From an uncultured delta proteobacterium (GTDB lineage: Bacteria; Myxococcota_A; Polyangia; Fen-1088): DNA of 64,000 nt. Of this stretch, positions 8,923-17,755 are shown in pieces. Location of the stretch: contig CAWCMR010000013.1 in assembly GCA_963796685.1 (NCBI GenBank), positions 256,001-320,000 on the forward strand. Direction: 5' to 3'. Numbering within the stretch: the first letter of the stretch is position 1; the number at the start of each line of letters is the position of its first letter. A program made the translations under genes and the position numbers. Under the pieces are notes generated by a model. The model did no database searches and was not told the origin of the DNA. It worked only from the letters and a program-made list of their open reading frames with translations.

Positions 8923-11142
8923 TTGTCCCCGGGATCGAGCAGCGTGATCTCGACGGCGCAGGCCGCGTCCGCATCGCCAAGCAAGATCGACCTCTCGGGC
9001 CATCGGGTGGCCTACGATCTGGTTCTCAACCGTGTACACGCGATTCTGCACCTGGGCGGCAGGATGATCCTTCCCGCTGGCGGGGTCGACTTCTACAAGT
9101 TCGTCGACGGTGGCTGGAAGGGCTCGTGGATCCTGGGCCAGAAGGACGGCGACAGACGCGTAGCCTACGTTTCCGGAGTTTCGGCGTCGTTCGGTTTTCC
9201 GCTCGACGCGGACGGCGACGGCGCGGCAGGCAAGTCGCTTTCCGATATGCAAATGACCCTTCTCATGCGCTCGGTGGCGGCCAACCAGAAGCTCTCGGTC
9301 TTCGCCAACGAGAAGCCTGTCACCACCATCGATGTCGCCAAGGATCGCGCGACCTACGACGTCACCCTGCCCGCGTCGGCGCTGACCCTGGGGGAAAATC
9401 GGGTGCGCCTGACCTTCCGCAACGCCGCGGCCATCGCGGGCGGCAAACGTGCCGCGGCGGCCATCGAGAGCATCGAGATTGGTCCGGCGAAAGCCGCCGC
9501 AGCCGGAGGCGCGCCCGGCTCCGCTCGCGTCCTGGCCAATCCGATCACGATCGATCTCGGCGGCGTCAAGAAGGTCGGGCTGTCGATTCCCGAGGCATCG
9601 CGCCTTTCGTACTACTTGCAGGTCCCGGCCAAGGCCACGCTGGCGCTCGCCTACGGGTCCGCCCAACCCGGCGTGACGGCGCAGATCCGAGTCGCCCGTG
9701 ATGGCGCGGCGCCGACAGAGCTTTTCGAAGGCCCCGCGCTGGCGCGATTCAGCGAGGGCGCTTGGGATCTGTCCGCGTTTGCCGGGCAGGCCGTGCGGCT
9801 CGATCTCCTATCCCACGGCGGCGGGATCGCCTGGGGGGAGCCGCGCCTGCTCGTTCCTGGCGCAGTGCCCGCGCTGGCCGCCAAGCACACCTTCGACCAT
9901 GTCTACGTGTGGATGTGCGACACGCTCCGCGCCGACAAGGTCCACGTCTACAACCCCAAGACCAACGTGCTGACGCCGAACTACGACGCGTTTGCCACGG
10001 ACGCCACCCGTTTCGCGTGGGCGCAGGTGCAAGGCACGTGGTCGTTGCCGTCGCAGGCGTCCATGCTGACCGGGGTCTATCCGAACGTGCATCGGGCCAC
10101 CGAGCAGACGTCCAAAATCAACGCTCAGCTCCCCATCGCGCCCGAAATTTTCAAGAAGGCCGGCTTTCGCACCGGGCTCTTCTCGTCGAATGGCTACATC
10201 TCGTCCAAGTGGGGCTTCGGCCGCGGCTTCGACGAGAACCGCAACTTCGTGCGCGAGAACCTGCCCAACGGTGCGGACAACCTGTGGGCCACGGCCAAGA
10301 AATGGATCATGCCGGCCAAAGCGAAGCCGCAGTTCGTCTACCTGGCGGTCATCGAGCCGCACGTCATCTACAACCCCAAGAAGGAATTTCTGAAGATGTA
10401 TTGGGACAAGCCGTACGGCGGCCCCATCAAGCCCGTGCTCACGGGAATTCAACTTGGCAAAATCAAGAAGGGCACGCTCAAGGTCAACGACACCGACAAG
10501 GCCTACCTCGAAGCCTTGCACAATGCCGAAATCACCCAGAGCGATACGGCCTTCGGTGTCTTTCTCGCCGATCTCAAGGCCGCGGGCCTGTACGACACGT
10601 CCGTGGTCATCGTCATCTCCGATCACGGCGATGAGTTCTGGGATCACGGGGACGTGGGGCATGCGCAGGGACCCCATCAGGAATTGGTGCACGTGCCCTT
10701 CATGATCCACGCCCCCGGCGTCTTGCCCGCCGGCCGCGTGATCCAAACCGACGTGGAGGCCATGGACATGGCGCCGACCGTGCTGGACCTGGCCGGGATT
10801 CCCGTGCCGGATTCGATGCAGGGACAGTCGCTCTTGCCCGTGGCTCTCGACGAGGTCGCGTACTCGCCCGCCTCCGGCATGACCCAGAACGGTTCCATGG
10901 CCCGCGGGATCAAGTCCGGACGCTACCGACTGATCCACTCGGGCGTGGGCCGCATCGAGCTCTACGATGAGATTGCGGATCCGCGCGAACAAACCGAGAT
11001 CGTCGGCAAGCGCCCCATCGCGCTTCGGCAGATGCGCGATGTGCTGGCTTTGCAGGTCGGTTTCGAGAACGTGTGGAAGAAGCGCTTGTGGGGCTCGCCC
11101 GCCAGTCCTACCGAGGCGTTCTACGCGGCGAACGCGAAGTAG
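8923..11142 (+). CDS. Sulfatase-like hydrolase/transferase, probable lipoprotein (true start likely GTG 8817 across a frameshift at ~8850)
   Basis: CDTLRAD, WSLPSQASMLTG, EPH, SDHG, GH. In-frame upstream sequence encodes LPSAALPLALLCFALSC (lipobox) but has no in-frame ATG/GTG/TTG. Confidence 0.85.
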   Translation: MSPGSSSVISTAQAASASPSKIDLSGHRVAYDLVLNRVHAILHLGGRMILPAGGVDFYKFVDGGWKGSWILGQKDGDRRVAYVSGVSASFGFPLDADGDGAAGKSLSDMQMTLLMRSVAANQKLSVFANEKPVTTIDVAKDRATYDVTLPASALTLGENRVRLTFRNAAAIAGGKRAAAAIESIEIGPAKAAAAGGAPGSARVLANPITIDLGGVKKVGLSIPEASRLSYYLQVPAKATLALAYGSAQPGVTAQIRVARDGAAPTELFEGPALARFSEGAWDLSAFAGQAVRLDLLSHGGGIAWGEPRLLVPGAVPALAAKHTFDHVYVWMCDTLRADKVHVYNPKTNVLTPNYDAFATDATRFAWAQVQGTWSLPSQASMLTGVYPNVHRATEQTSKINAQLPIAPEIFKKAGFRTGLFSSNGYISSKWGFGRGFDENRNFVRENLPNGADNLWATAKKWIMPAKAKPQFVYLAVIEPHVIYNPKKEFLKMYWDKPYGGPIKPVLTGIQLGKIKKGTLKVNDTDKAYLEALHNAEITQSDTAFGVFLADLKAAGLYDTSVVIVISDHGDEFWDHGDVGHAQGPHQELVHVPFMIHAPGVLPAGRVIQTDVEAMDMAPTVLDLAGIPVPDSMQGQSLLPVALDEVAYSPASGMTQNGSMARGIKSGRYRLIHSGVGRIELYDEIADPREQTEIVGKRPIALRQMRDVLALQVGFENVWKKRLWGSPASPTEAFYAANAK

Positions 11143-11168
11143 GGCCGTCGAGGAGGCGGGGAATTTGG

Positions 11169-12239
11169 CTATTCGCAGAAGCCGTAGATGAGTTGGGTCG
11201 AGCCTTCGAAGGCATGACAGGTCGTGCCCGTGGGGCAAACCCGCGTGGCCAAGCTGCAAATCGGCCGACAGGCACCGCTTGTGCCCGCCGCAGAGCCGGT
11301 CGGCACCACGCAACTGAGCCCGGCCCGACAGCCGGCGCAGCCGGATTCGCCGTTGCAGCCGGAATTCTGGGTACAGGACGTGCCCAAGTCGCCTTGGCCG
11401 GCGCAAGCGCAGTCGGTGGTCTCACCGGTGTAGACGAAGCACGACAGCCCCGTCGCGCAGCCGGCGGTGCCGGTTCCCGTCGGGTCGCACGGCCTGGAGC
11501 ACGCCGCGAAGCGTGGGGTGTTGCCGCACTGGATGGGGACGTTGCAGTAGGCGGCTTGCTCGTCGCACATCGCATCGCTGGCGCAGAAGCGCAGGCAGGT
11601 CATGACCGAACAGCCGGCGGCGCTGAAGGTAAAACACTGCGAGCCTGGCGCGCAGTCGTTGTTGCTGGCGCAGACGTCGCCCGGCTTGCCTGGTCCGGCC
11701 GCGTAGCACATCCCGATGGCTGGTTGATCCGCGGCGCACAGAAGGCCACAGGTCTGATCCGCCCCGCAGGCCGATGCGGGCGCGTAGGGATCGCAGGAAA
11801 GTTGGCTGGTGCCTCCATCGACGCTGGTGCCGCCGTCGAGAACGTGCTCGGGTCTGAGCGCGCCCAGGACGACCCGCACCGAAACTTCGACCACCTTGTT
11901 CTTGGCGATCGCGATCGCGGACTTGCCATAGCCCAAGGCAGCGCCATGCCCGTCGAGAGGCTCGACCTCGAAGGTCGCTTGTCCGACATGGGAGGCGCTG
12001 AATTCGACCGAGAATGTGATGGGATGGCTGGTATCGAGGTGGAGAGCCTCTGAAGGTTGGTTCGGGTAAAGGAGCGTGTCTTGCGCGGAGCCGCTTTCCA
12101 CGTGCACGCGGAACTGGGCCACACCGTCGACGCTGCCCGAATATGTCAGCACGGAGACGACGGCGTAGGCGTCGTCGGTGCAGGAAGCCACCCAAGGCAA
12201 GAGCGCAAGCACGAGCTGAATGCGGGAGCGGCTTGTCAC
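11169..12239 (-). CDS. Cys-rich surface lipoprotein
   Basis: GTG start overlapping the upstream stop (GTGA), AGGAG RBS, lipobox VASC, beta-rich N-domain, DGG linker, many Cys-rich repeats. Confidence 0.8.
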   Translation of the reverse strand: MTSRSRIQLVLALLPWVASCTDDAYAVVSVLTYSGSVDGVAQFRVHVESGSAQDTLLYPNQPSEALHLDTSHPITFSVEFSASHVGQATFEVEPLDGHGAALGYGKSAIAIAKNKVVEVSVRVVLGALRPEHVLDGGTSVDGGTSQLSCDPYAPASACGADQTCGLLCAADQPAIGMCYAAGPGKPGDVCASNNDCAPGSQCFTFSAAGCSVMTCLRFCASDAMCDEQAAYCNVPIQCGNTPRFAACSRPCDPTGTGTAGCATGLSCFVYTGETTDCACAGQGDLGTSCTQNSGCNGESGCAGCRAGLSCVVPTGSAAGTSGACRPICSLATRVCPTGTTCHAFEGSTQLIYGFCE

Positions 12240-12622
12240 GGTTTGAACTCCTGGTTGCCGAGATCGGTCGCCGGCGGCGCGTGGCCGCGGCTCGAAACGA
12301 CGATGATGGCCACGGTCGCCGCGGCCGCCGCGCCCACAGCGGTCCAGAACCACCAACGCCGGAACATGGATGGGTGCTCGGGCTCGGGCACGCTCAAGTC
12401 GAGCGCGGGATTTGCAGGCGGTAGCTGAGTGGGAGCCGGCAGAAGGGTGGGGAGGGGCGCCGAAGGCTCCGACGCGGGAGCCGGCATCGGCCCGCTCGGT
12501 TGAGCAGGCGGTGGAAGATCGCCACCGCGAGCCGAAGCTGCCGAGACGAGCATAGACAGGGACACCAGCGCGGCGACCACGGTCGGGATTCGTTGTCTTG
12601 CCTGTCGTTGTCGCGATGCCAT
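12236..12622 (-). CDS. Small exported protein with Pro-rich linker and RRWWFWT-type membrane anchor
   Basis: AAGGA RBS, signal peptide, Pro-rich region, PSMFRRWWFWTAVG + hydrophobic helix typical of myxobacterial TPR/PEGA protein C-termini. Confidence 0.7.
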   Translation of the reverse strand: MASRQRQARQRIPTVVAALVSLSMLVSAASARGGDLPPPAQPSGPMPAPASEPSAPLPTLLPAPTQLPPANPALDLSVPEPEHPSMFRRWWFWTAVGAAAAATVAIIVVSSRGHAPPATDLGNQEFKP

Positions 12623-12694
12623 CGTGGAGTCCTTCACGGCAGTCTGACCTACCTCGGCATGGAGGGTCGGGTCAACCCGTGCGACCGAAGGTCA

Positions 12695-13144
12695 CTACAA
12701 CTGCTTTGACGCGATGTACCCGGTGAGCTGCTCGATGATGCCTTCCTTCTCGGCGATGAGCGAGCGCAGGACGTCACCGATGGAAACCAGGCCCACGAAC
12801 TTGCCTTGGTCGAGGACCGGCAGATGTCGAATCTGCTTCGCGGTCATGAGGACCATGCATTCGTCGACGGAGTTCGAGGGCTGAACGAAGAACACGCGTT
12901 CAGCGGGGGTCATGACTTCAGCCACCGCGGTCTCCTTGGCGGCCTTGCCACTGAGCGTGATCCTGAACGCACAATCCCATTCGGTGAACAGGCCGGACAG
13001 CTTGCCCGGCTCATCGACGACCGCCAGCGCGCTGACCTGGGTCTCACTCATCAACTGCAGAGCGTCGAAGACGGTTGACTTGGAACGTACGGAGATCGGA
13101 GTCTTTTGCCGCTTTGCTGCCAAGAGCTCCGTCACGGTGATCAT
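12695..13144 (-). CDS. CBS domain pair protein
   Basis: TVFDALQLM..GLFTEWD..EVMT..IRHLPVLD..GLVSIGD. Confidence 0.92.
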   Translation of the reverse strand: MITVTELLAAKRQKTPISVRSKSTVFDALQLMSETQVSALAVVDEPGKLSGLFTEWDCAFRITLSGKAAKETAVAEVMTPAERVFFVQPSNSVDECMVLMTAKQIRHLPVLDQGKFVGLVSIGDVLRSLIAEKEGIIEQLTGYIASKQL

Positions 13145-13356
13145 CGTCGACTCCCCATCCTGGTGAATTGGGTCATGGCTAGGTTAGAACACGAGGATAA
13201 GATCAGCGAAGGAAATCTTGACGGCCAAGCGTAACCATCACACCATCTTTCGCCACGGATTGTCGCCTTTTTCCAATCGCGCCGTCGTCAATCCGATTTG
13301 ATGGAACACCGCCCGCGCTGACCCTAATCGTTTGCCGGGTCTCAAAGAGGTATTGG

Positions 13357-14502
13357 ATGCGAAGAAGCTCTCCGTGTATCTACCTGTCATTCTTCATCTT
13401 GCTCGGATGCGCGCCGACCCGGTCGAGCGACGATTCCGGAAGTCAGCCATCCGCGGGTGGCCAGAGCAGCGCAAATGGCGGTCAGGGAGGGAGCGGAGGA
13501 GCGGGGAGCACGGGAGGATCAGGGGGAAGCAGCGCTGCCGGCGGATCGAGCGGTTCCGGAGGAACCAGCGCCGTGGGCGGTTCGAGCGGCGGCAGCGGTG
13601 GCGCGGCCAGCTCCGCAGATGCGGCGCAAGACGCGACCTTGGCACGCGGCGGTTCGGACGCGGCCAGCGGTGGAGCGAGCGGTGGTGGAGGCACGTCGAG
13701 CGGCGGCGGTGGCATGCTGCAAACCGGCGGCGCGGCAGGATCGGGCGGAAAGACTGGCATGGGCGGCGCCAGCGGCATGGGCGGCAAGACCGGCAGCGGG
13801 GGAACCAGCGGTACTGGTGGAGCCATCGGCACGGGTGGTAGCACGGCCCCAACGCCTTGTTCGTTTCCCTCGGACTGGGCGCCCAGCAGCCCCACCTACA
13901 CCACGTATGACCTTCCCAACCCGGCCACTGCTTGTGGTTACACGGGCAGCACCAACAACATCACCAACATCGCAGTCGGGTCGAACTACGCGGCCATACC
14001 AGGCCAGAGCCCAAGCAACTTCGACACCAGCAGCCGGTGCGGAGCCTGCGTGCAGATCGGCAGCGCCATCATCACCATCGTCGACGAATGCCCCTACGAT
14101 GCAGCCAGCAACAATCAACCGTGCGCGAACAATCCCAAGGGTCACCTGGATCTGAGCTCGGCCGCCGCTGGCGCGGCTGGCGTCAAGGGCGACCCCTCAC
14201 TCAAGAACCAGGCTGCATGGAAGTTCGTCCCCTGTCCGGTCAAAGGCAATGTCGTGGTTCGCCTCAAGCCCGGCAACAACAACGAGATGTACATCGAGAA
14301 CGTGATCCTGCCCATTCAGGCCGTGACGTGTGGCGGCCAGACTGGCTCGCGCACGAGCTACGGCGCCTGGCACTTTGGTGGAAATATCCCCGGCGCGAGC
14401 TGCGATTTGACCGACATTGCGGGGCGCAAGATCACGGTGACCGCGGGCAGCACGCAGGGGCAGAACGTCGATACGGGGACGCAGTTTCTCAAGTGCCAGT
14501 AG
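13357..14502 (+). CDS. Lipoprotein with Gly/Ser-rich tether and expansin (EXLX1-like DPBB + CBM63-like) domain
   Basis: GAGG RBS, lipobox LLGC, long G/S linker, ACGY..CGACVQI..IVDECP..HLDLS..WKFVPCPV. Confidence 0.85.
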   Translation: MRRSSPCIYLSFFILLGCAPTRSSDDSGSQPSAGGQSSANGGQGGSGGAGSTGGSGGSSAAGGSSGSGGTSAVGGSSGGSGGAASSADAAQDATLARGGSDAASGGASGGGGTSSGGGGMLQTGGAAGSGGKTGMGGASGMGGKTGSGGTSGTGGAIGTGGSTAPTPCSFPSDWAPSSPTYTTYDLPNPATACGYTGSTNNITNIAVGSNYAAIPGQSPSNFDTSSRCGACVQIGSAIITIVDECPYDAASNNQPCANNPKGHLDLSSAAAGAAGVKGDPSLKNQAAWKFVPCPVKGNVVVRLKPGNNNEMYIENVILPIQAVTCGGQTGSRTSYGAWHFGGNIPGASCDLTDIAGRKITVTAGSTQGQNVDTGTQFLKCQ

Positions 14503-14599
14503 CGCCGGCGCGCTTAGCCTTGATTCTCCCGGAATTGGCAGGCGTAGGCAGGCGGGCTTGCATGCTTGTCAGTCGACGGACGACGTGCAAGCGGGTACT

Positions 14600-16555
14600 A
14601 TGGTCGCGTTGATCGCCGCGAACGCCGACATCGCCGAGGAAGTCGAACTGGGGCGGACTCTCCTCGTACAGGGGCACCTGGACACCGCGCAGCGGGTCCT
14701 TCTCAAGATCTGCCAGGCGCAGCCCGAGTGCGCGGAGGCATTTCGGGTTTTGGCGCTGGTGCTGAGCAAACGAGGCGATGAGCGCCGTGCGCGCCCGCTT
14801 CTCGACTATGCAGAAGAGCTCGACGCCCAACGGACGCGGGAGATTCCGACAGCCCTCGACGATGTTCCGTCCGATGCCGAGACCAAGCAGAACCGGTTGG
14901 CCATGCAGACCACGGCTCAAGTCAAGCCGCCCGCAAAGCCAGCTGGCGCGCATGCTCCCGTCGTATCCGAACCGGTGGGACACCTCTTGGCGCCGAAGGC
15001 ACCGCTTTCCCTACCGGCGAGCTTACCCGTGCAAGCGGTTTCTGCTCCGGCGTCGGCGAATCCAGTGCCGAGGTCGCGCGCAGGGTGGGCGATCTTTGCG
15101 CTGCTGTTGTGCGCGGCCCTGGCTGCAGGCGCGGCGGCGGCCTACAAGCAATACGGCCGGACCACGCCTGCGCGTCCGAGCCCTCGCGAAGAGCTGGACC
15201 GTTCTCTCGCCTCGGGAACGGTCGAACACCTCCTGCGGGCTCGCGATGTGGCACGGATGGCACTCGAGAGCGGCGTGGCCGATGCCGACTCCCTGGCGCG
15301 CCTGGGTCTTCTCAATGCTTTCCTGATGGACGACTACGGGATCGAGGCCAAGAAAGACGCCGAAGACGCCCTTCGCCGCGCCGAGATGTCCCCCGAGACG
15401 AACAAGGATAGAGCCGCTCTCATCGCCAGCGCTCGTTCACTGCTTGCGCTTGCGGCGGGTGATCGTGCGGCCGCGGGGAAGCTTGCCGATACGGCGGTCG
15501 CGCTTACGGCACCGGACCCTGGCGCCTTTGCACTGCTGGCTTCGGCTCGCGTTCGCACGTTGGCCGGAGATGTCGAGGGCACCGCGCGGGATCTGGACCG
15601 GGCCATGGGGCTCGCCCCCGAGTTGGCCCCGGTGGTCGTGGATTGGGCGACCTCTCGGCTCGATGGTGGCGATCCCGTGGCCGCCCGTCGAGCGATGGTG
15701 ACCTTGCTCGAGCGGAACCAGGACAATTCGAAGGCACTGCTCTTGCTCGCGGAGGCCCAGTGCGCCTTGGGCGAACCCGACTGGGTGAAGAGCTTGGAAA
15801 AGGCCTGCCGAAGCGACGCGAAGATTTCGCGCAGCATTCGCTCGGCCTGCGCGGTCGAATCAGCCTTGCAGGCACGCATCGAAGGCGATCGTGCCGGGGC
15901 CCTCCGCAAAGCCAAGGCGATAGCGCAGACCTCCGAGGATGCCCAGGTGCTCGGCACGGCTTCCCTCCTGCTTTCGCTGCTCGGCGAGACCGACCTGGCC
16001 GAAGAGGTCCTCGATCGGGCGCGCAAAGTCGCCGCCCCCGCCAATGTGCCCCTGCAATGGGCGGACTTGTCCATTCGACTGAGCCGGGGCGAAGCACCGC
16101 AGCTCTCGCGTGTCCTGGAACGTCCGGCAGGGCCCGAGCGCGATGTGGTGGCGCTGAGGGCCGCCTATGCGCGGGCCGGAGCTGCCGGATTGGCCACCGC
16201 GCTCAAGGCGCTTCCTCCGGGAATCCAGGACATCGACGGGGATGTGCGCGCCTATGCCGTCCTGGCTCGAGAGGGCGAACCTTCCAAACCAGAGCTGACG
16301 GCGATGGAGAAACGCGTGGAAAAGGGCAGCCCTGTGTTTTCCTACGTGCTGGGCCTCTTGGCCGCGCGTGACAAAGACTTCAAATTGGCGGTGCGGAGGC
16401 TGGACAAGGCATTGTCCTGGCACGGTGCCGCTTGTCAGGCCGCGCTGGCGTACTTGGATGCGGTCAAGCATGCGGGGCGTGGGGTGCAACCCAACAAGGC
16501 CGGACTGCGCAATGTGCATGCGCACAACGCCAAATGCCCCTTGCCCGAGATGTAG
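14600..16555 (+). CDS. Membrane-anchored TPR-like helical repeat protein
   Basis: N-terminal TPR, Pro/Ala linker, single TM (WAIFALLLCAALAAG), Ala/Leu-rich helical repeats. Confidence 0.75.
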   Translation: MVALIAANADIAEEVELGRTLLVQGHLDTAQRVLLKICQAQPECAEAFRVLALVLSKRGDERRARPLLDYAEELDAQRTREIPTALDDVPSDAETKQNRLAMQTTAQVKPPAKPAGAHAPVVSEPVGHLLAPKAPLSLPASLPVQAVSAPASANPVPRSRAGWAIFALLLCAALAAGAAAAYKQYGRTTPARPSPREELDRSLASGTVEHLLRARDVARMALESGVADADSLARLGLLNAFLMDDYGIEAKKDAEDALRRAEMSPETNKDRAALIASARSLLALAAGDRAAAGKLADTAVALTAPDPGAFALLASARVRTLAGDVEGTARDLDRAMGLAPELAPVVVDWATSRLDGGDPVAARRAMVTLLERNQDNSKALLLLAEAQCALGEPDWVKSLEKACRSDAKISRSIRSACAVESALQARIEGDRAGALRKAKAIAQTSEDAQVLGTASLLLSLLGETDLAEEVLDRARKVAAPANVPLQWADLSIRLSRGEAPQLSRVLERPAGPERDVVALRAAYARAGAAGLATALKALPPGIQDIDGDVRAYAVLAREGEPSKPELTAMEKRVEKGSPVFSYVLGLLAARDKDFKLAVRRLDKALSWHGAACQAALAYLDAVKHAGRGVQPNKAGLRNVHAHNAKCPLPEM

Positions 16556-16680
16556 ACGACGCATGATTCGCTGCCGTCATGCCGCAGTGAAGTGTCGGGA
16601 TGACGGGTGGTCGTGGATGTAGACGGTTTACCGTGGCTGTAAGGCGTCTTCGCCGTCGTGGCCAACGGCAGTTACAACCG

Positions 16681-16704
16681 GCCACGGCCACGGCCACGGC
16701 CACG
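16681..16704. repeat. Hexamer microsatellite (GCCACG)x4
   Basis: Four perfect copies just upstream of the 80-bp array. Confidence 0.9.
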
Positions 16705-16718
16705 ACCTTCTGCGGCTA

Positions 16719-17068
16719 TCGCGGGATTAGGGTTTGAGGGTTCCCATTGCTCGCGTAGGCGTAGCCGGGCTTTGCCCGGCGACGCCATAGCGCGGGAGGG
16801 TTTGGGAACCCTTTGAGGGGTTCCCATTGCTCGCGTAGGCGTAGCCGGGCTTTGCCCGGCGACGCCATAGCGCGGGAGGGTTTGGGAACCCTTTGAGGGG
16901 TTCCCATTGCTCGCGTAGGCGTAGCCGGGCTTTGCCCGGCGACGCCATAGCGCGGGAGGGTTTGGGAACCCTTTGAGGGTTCCCATTGCTCGCGTAGGCG
17001 TAGCCGGGCTTTGCCCGGCGACGCCATAGCGCGGGAGGGTTTGGGAACCCTTTGAGGGTTCCCATTGC
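16719..17068 (+). repeat. Tandem array of 4 complete copies (80,80,79,79 bp) plus a truncated lead copy of a palindromic REP/BIME-like element
   Basis: TTCCCATTGC recurs at 16741, 16821, 16901, 16980 and 17059; GCCGGGC-TTT-GCCCGGC and TGGGAACCCT...GGGTTCCCA hairpins; core CGCGGGAGGGTTTGGGAACCCT identical to array 60-392. Confidence 0.95.
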
Positions 17069-17114
17069 AATAGGGTTGACCTGTGAGCCTGGGCAGGCTA
17101 AATCCGCCCATCCA

Positions 17115-17687
17115 ATGGCTTCGTACGACACATCCGACATCCGCAAGGGGCTCAAGGTCATGCTGGACGGCAATCCGTTCACGGTGGTCGAGTTCCAATT
17201 CATCAAGCCTGGCAAGGGCGCGGCCTTCACGCGCACCAAGCTCAAGAACCTGCTCACGGGCGGCGTGATCGAACGCAACCTGCGGTCGGGTGAGAAGCTC
17301 GAGCCGGCCAATGTCGAGACCAAGTCGATGCAGTATCTGTACAAGGAAGGCGACTCGTTCGTGTTCATGGACACAAGCACCTACGACCAGGTTCACATCC
17401 CCGACGAGACCATTGGCGACGACGCGCGCTTCATGCCCGAACAGATCGTCGTCGAGGTGTTGTTCTTCAACGAGCGCGCCGTCGGCGTGACGTTGCCCAA
17501 CTTCATCGAGCAGAAGGTGCTGGCGACCGAGCCCGGGTTCCGCGGCGACACGGCCACGGGGGTCACCAAGCCCGCGAAGATCAGCACGGGTGCTTCGATC
17601 AATGTGCCGTTGTTCATCAACGAGGGCGACACCATCAAGATCGACACGCGCTCGGGCGAGTACCTCAAGCGCGTCGGACGTGCCTAG
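17115..17687 (+). CDS. efp: Elongation factor P
   Basis: KPGKGAAF loop, MQYLY, GFRGDTA, VPLFINEGD..IDTRSGEY. Confidence 0.97.
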   Translation: MASYDTSDIRKGLKVMLDGNPFTVVEFQFIKPGKGAAFTRTKLKNLLTGGVIERNLRSGEKLEPANVETKSMQYLYKEGDSFVFMDTSTYDQVHIPDETIGDDARFMPEQIVVEVLFFNERAVGVTLPNFIEQKVLATEPGFRGDTATGVTKPAKISTGASINVPLFINEGDTIKIDTRSGEYLKRVGRA

Positions 17688-17706
17688 AGAGCGCCGAAGG
17701 GTTCGT

Positions 17707-17731
17707 GTAGGGGCGGGTTTCAAACCCGCCC
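17707..17731 (+). repeat. GTAG-type REP palindrome
   Basis: GTAG + GGGCGGGTTT-C-AAACCCGCCC between efp and epmA. Confidence 0.8.
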
Positions 17732-17755
17732 GTCCAGGCATGGGGGAGGTGGAAC

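Noticed and set aside
13256-13295. Inverted repeat CGGATTGTCG-N20-CGTCAATCCG as an operator
   Set aside because: Single imperfect instance with no adjacent regulator; cannot be supported.
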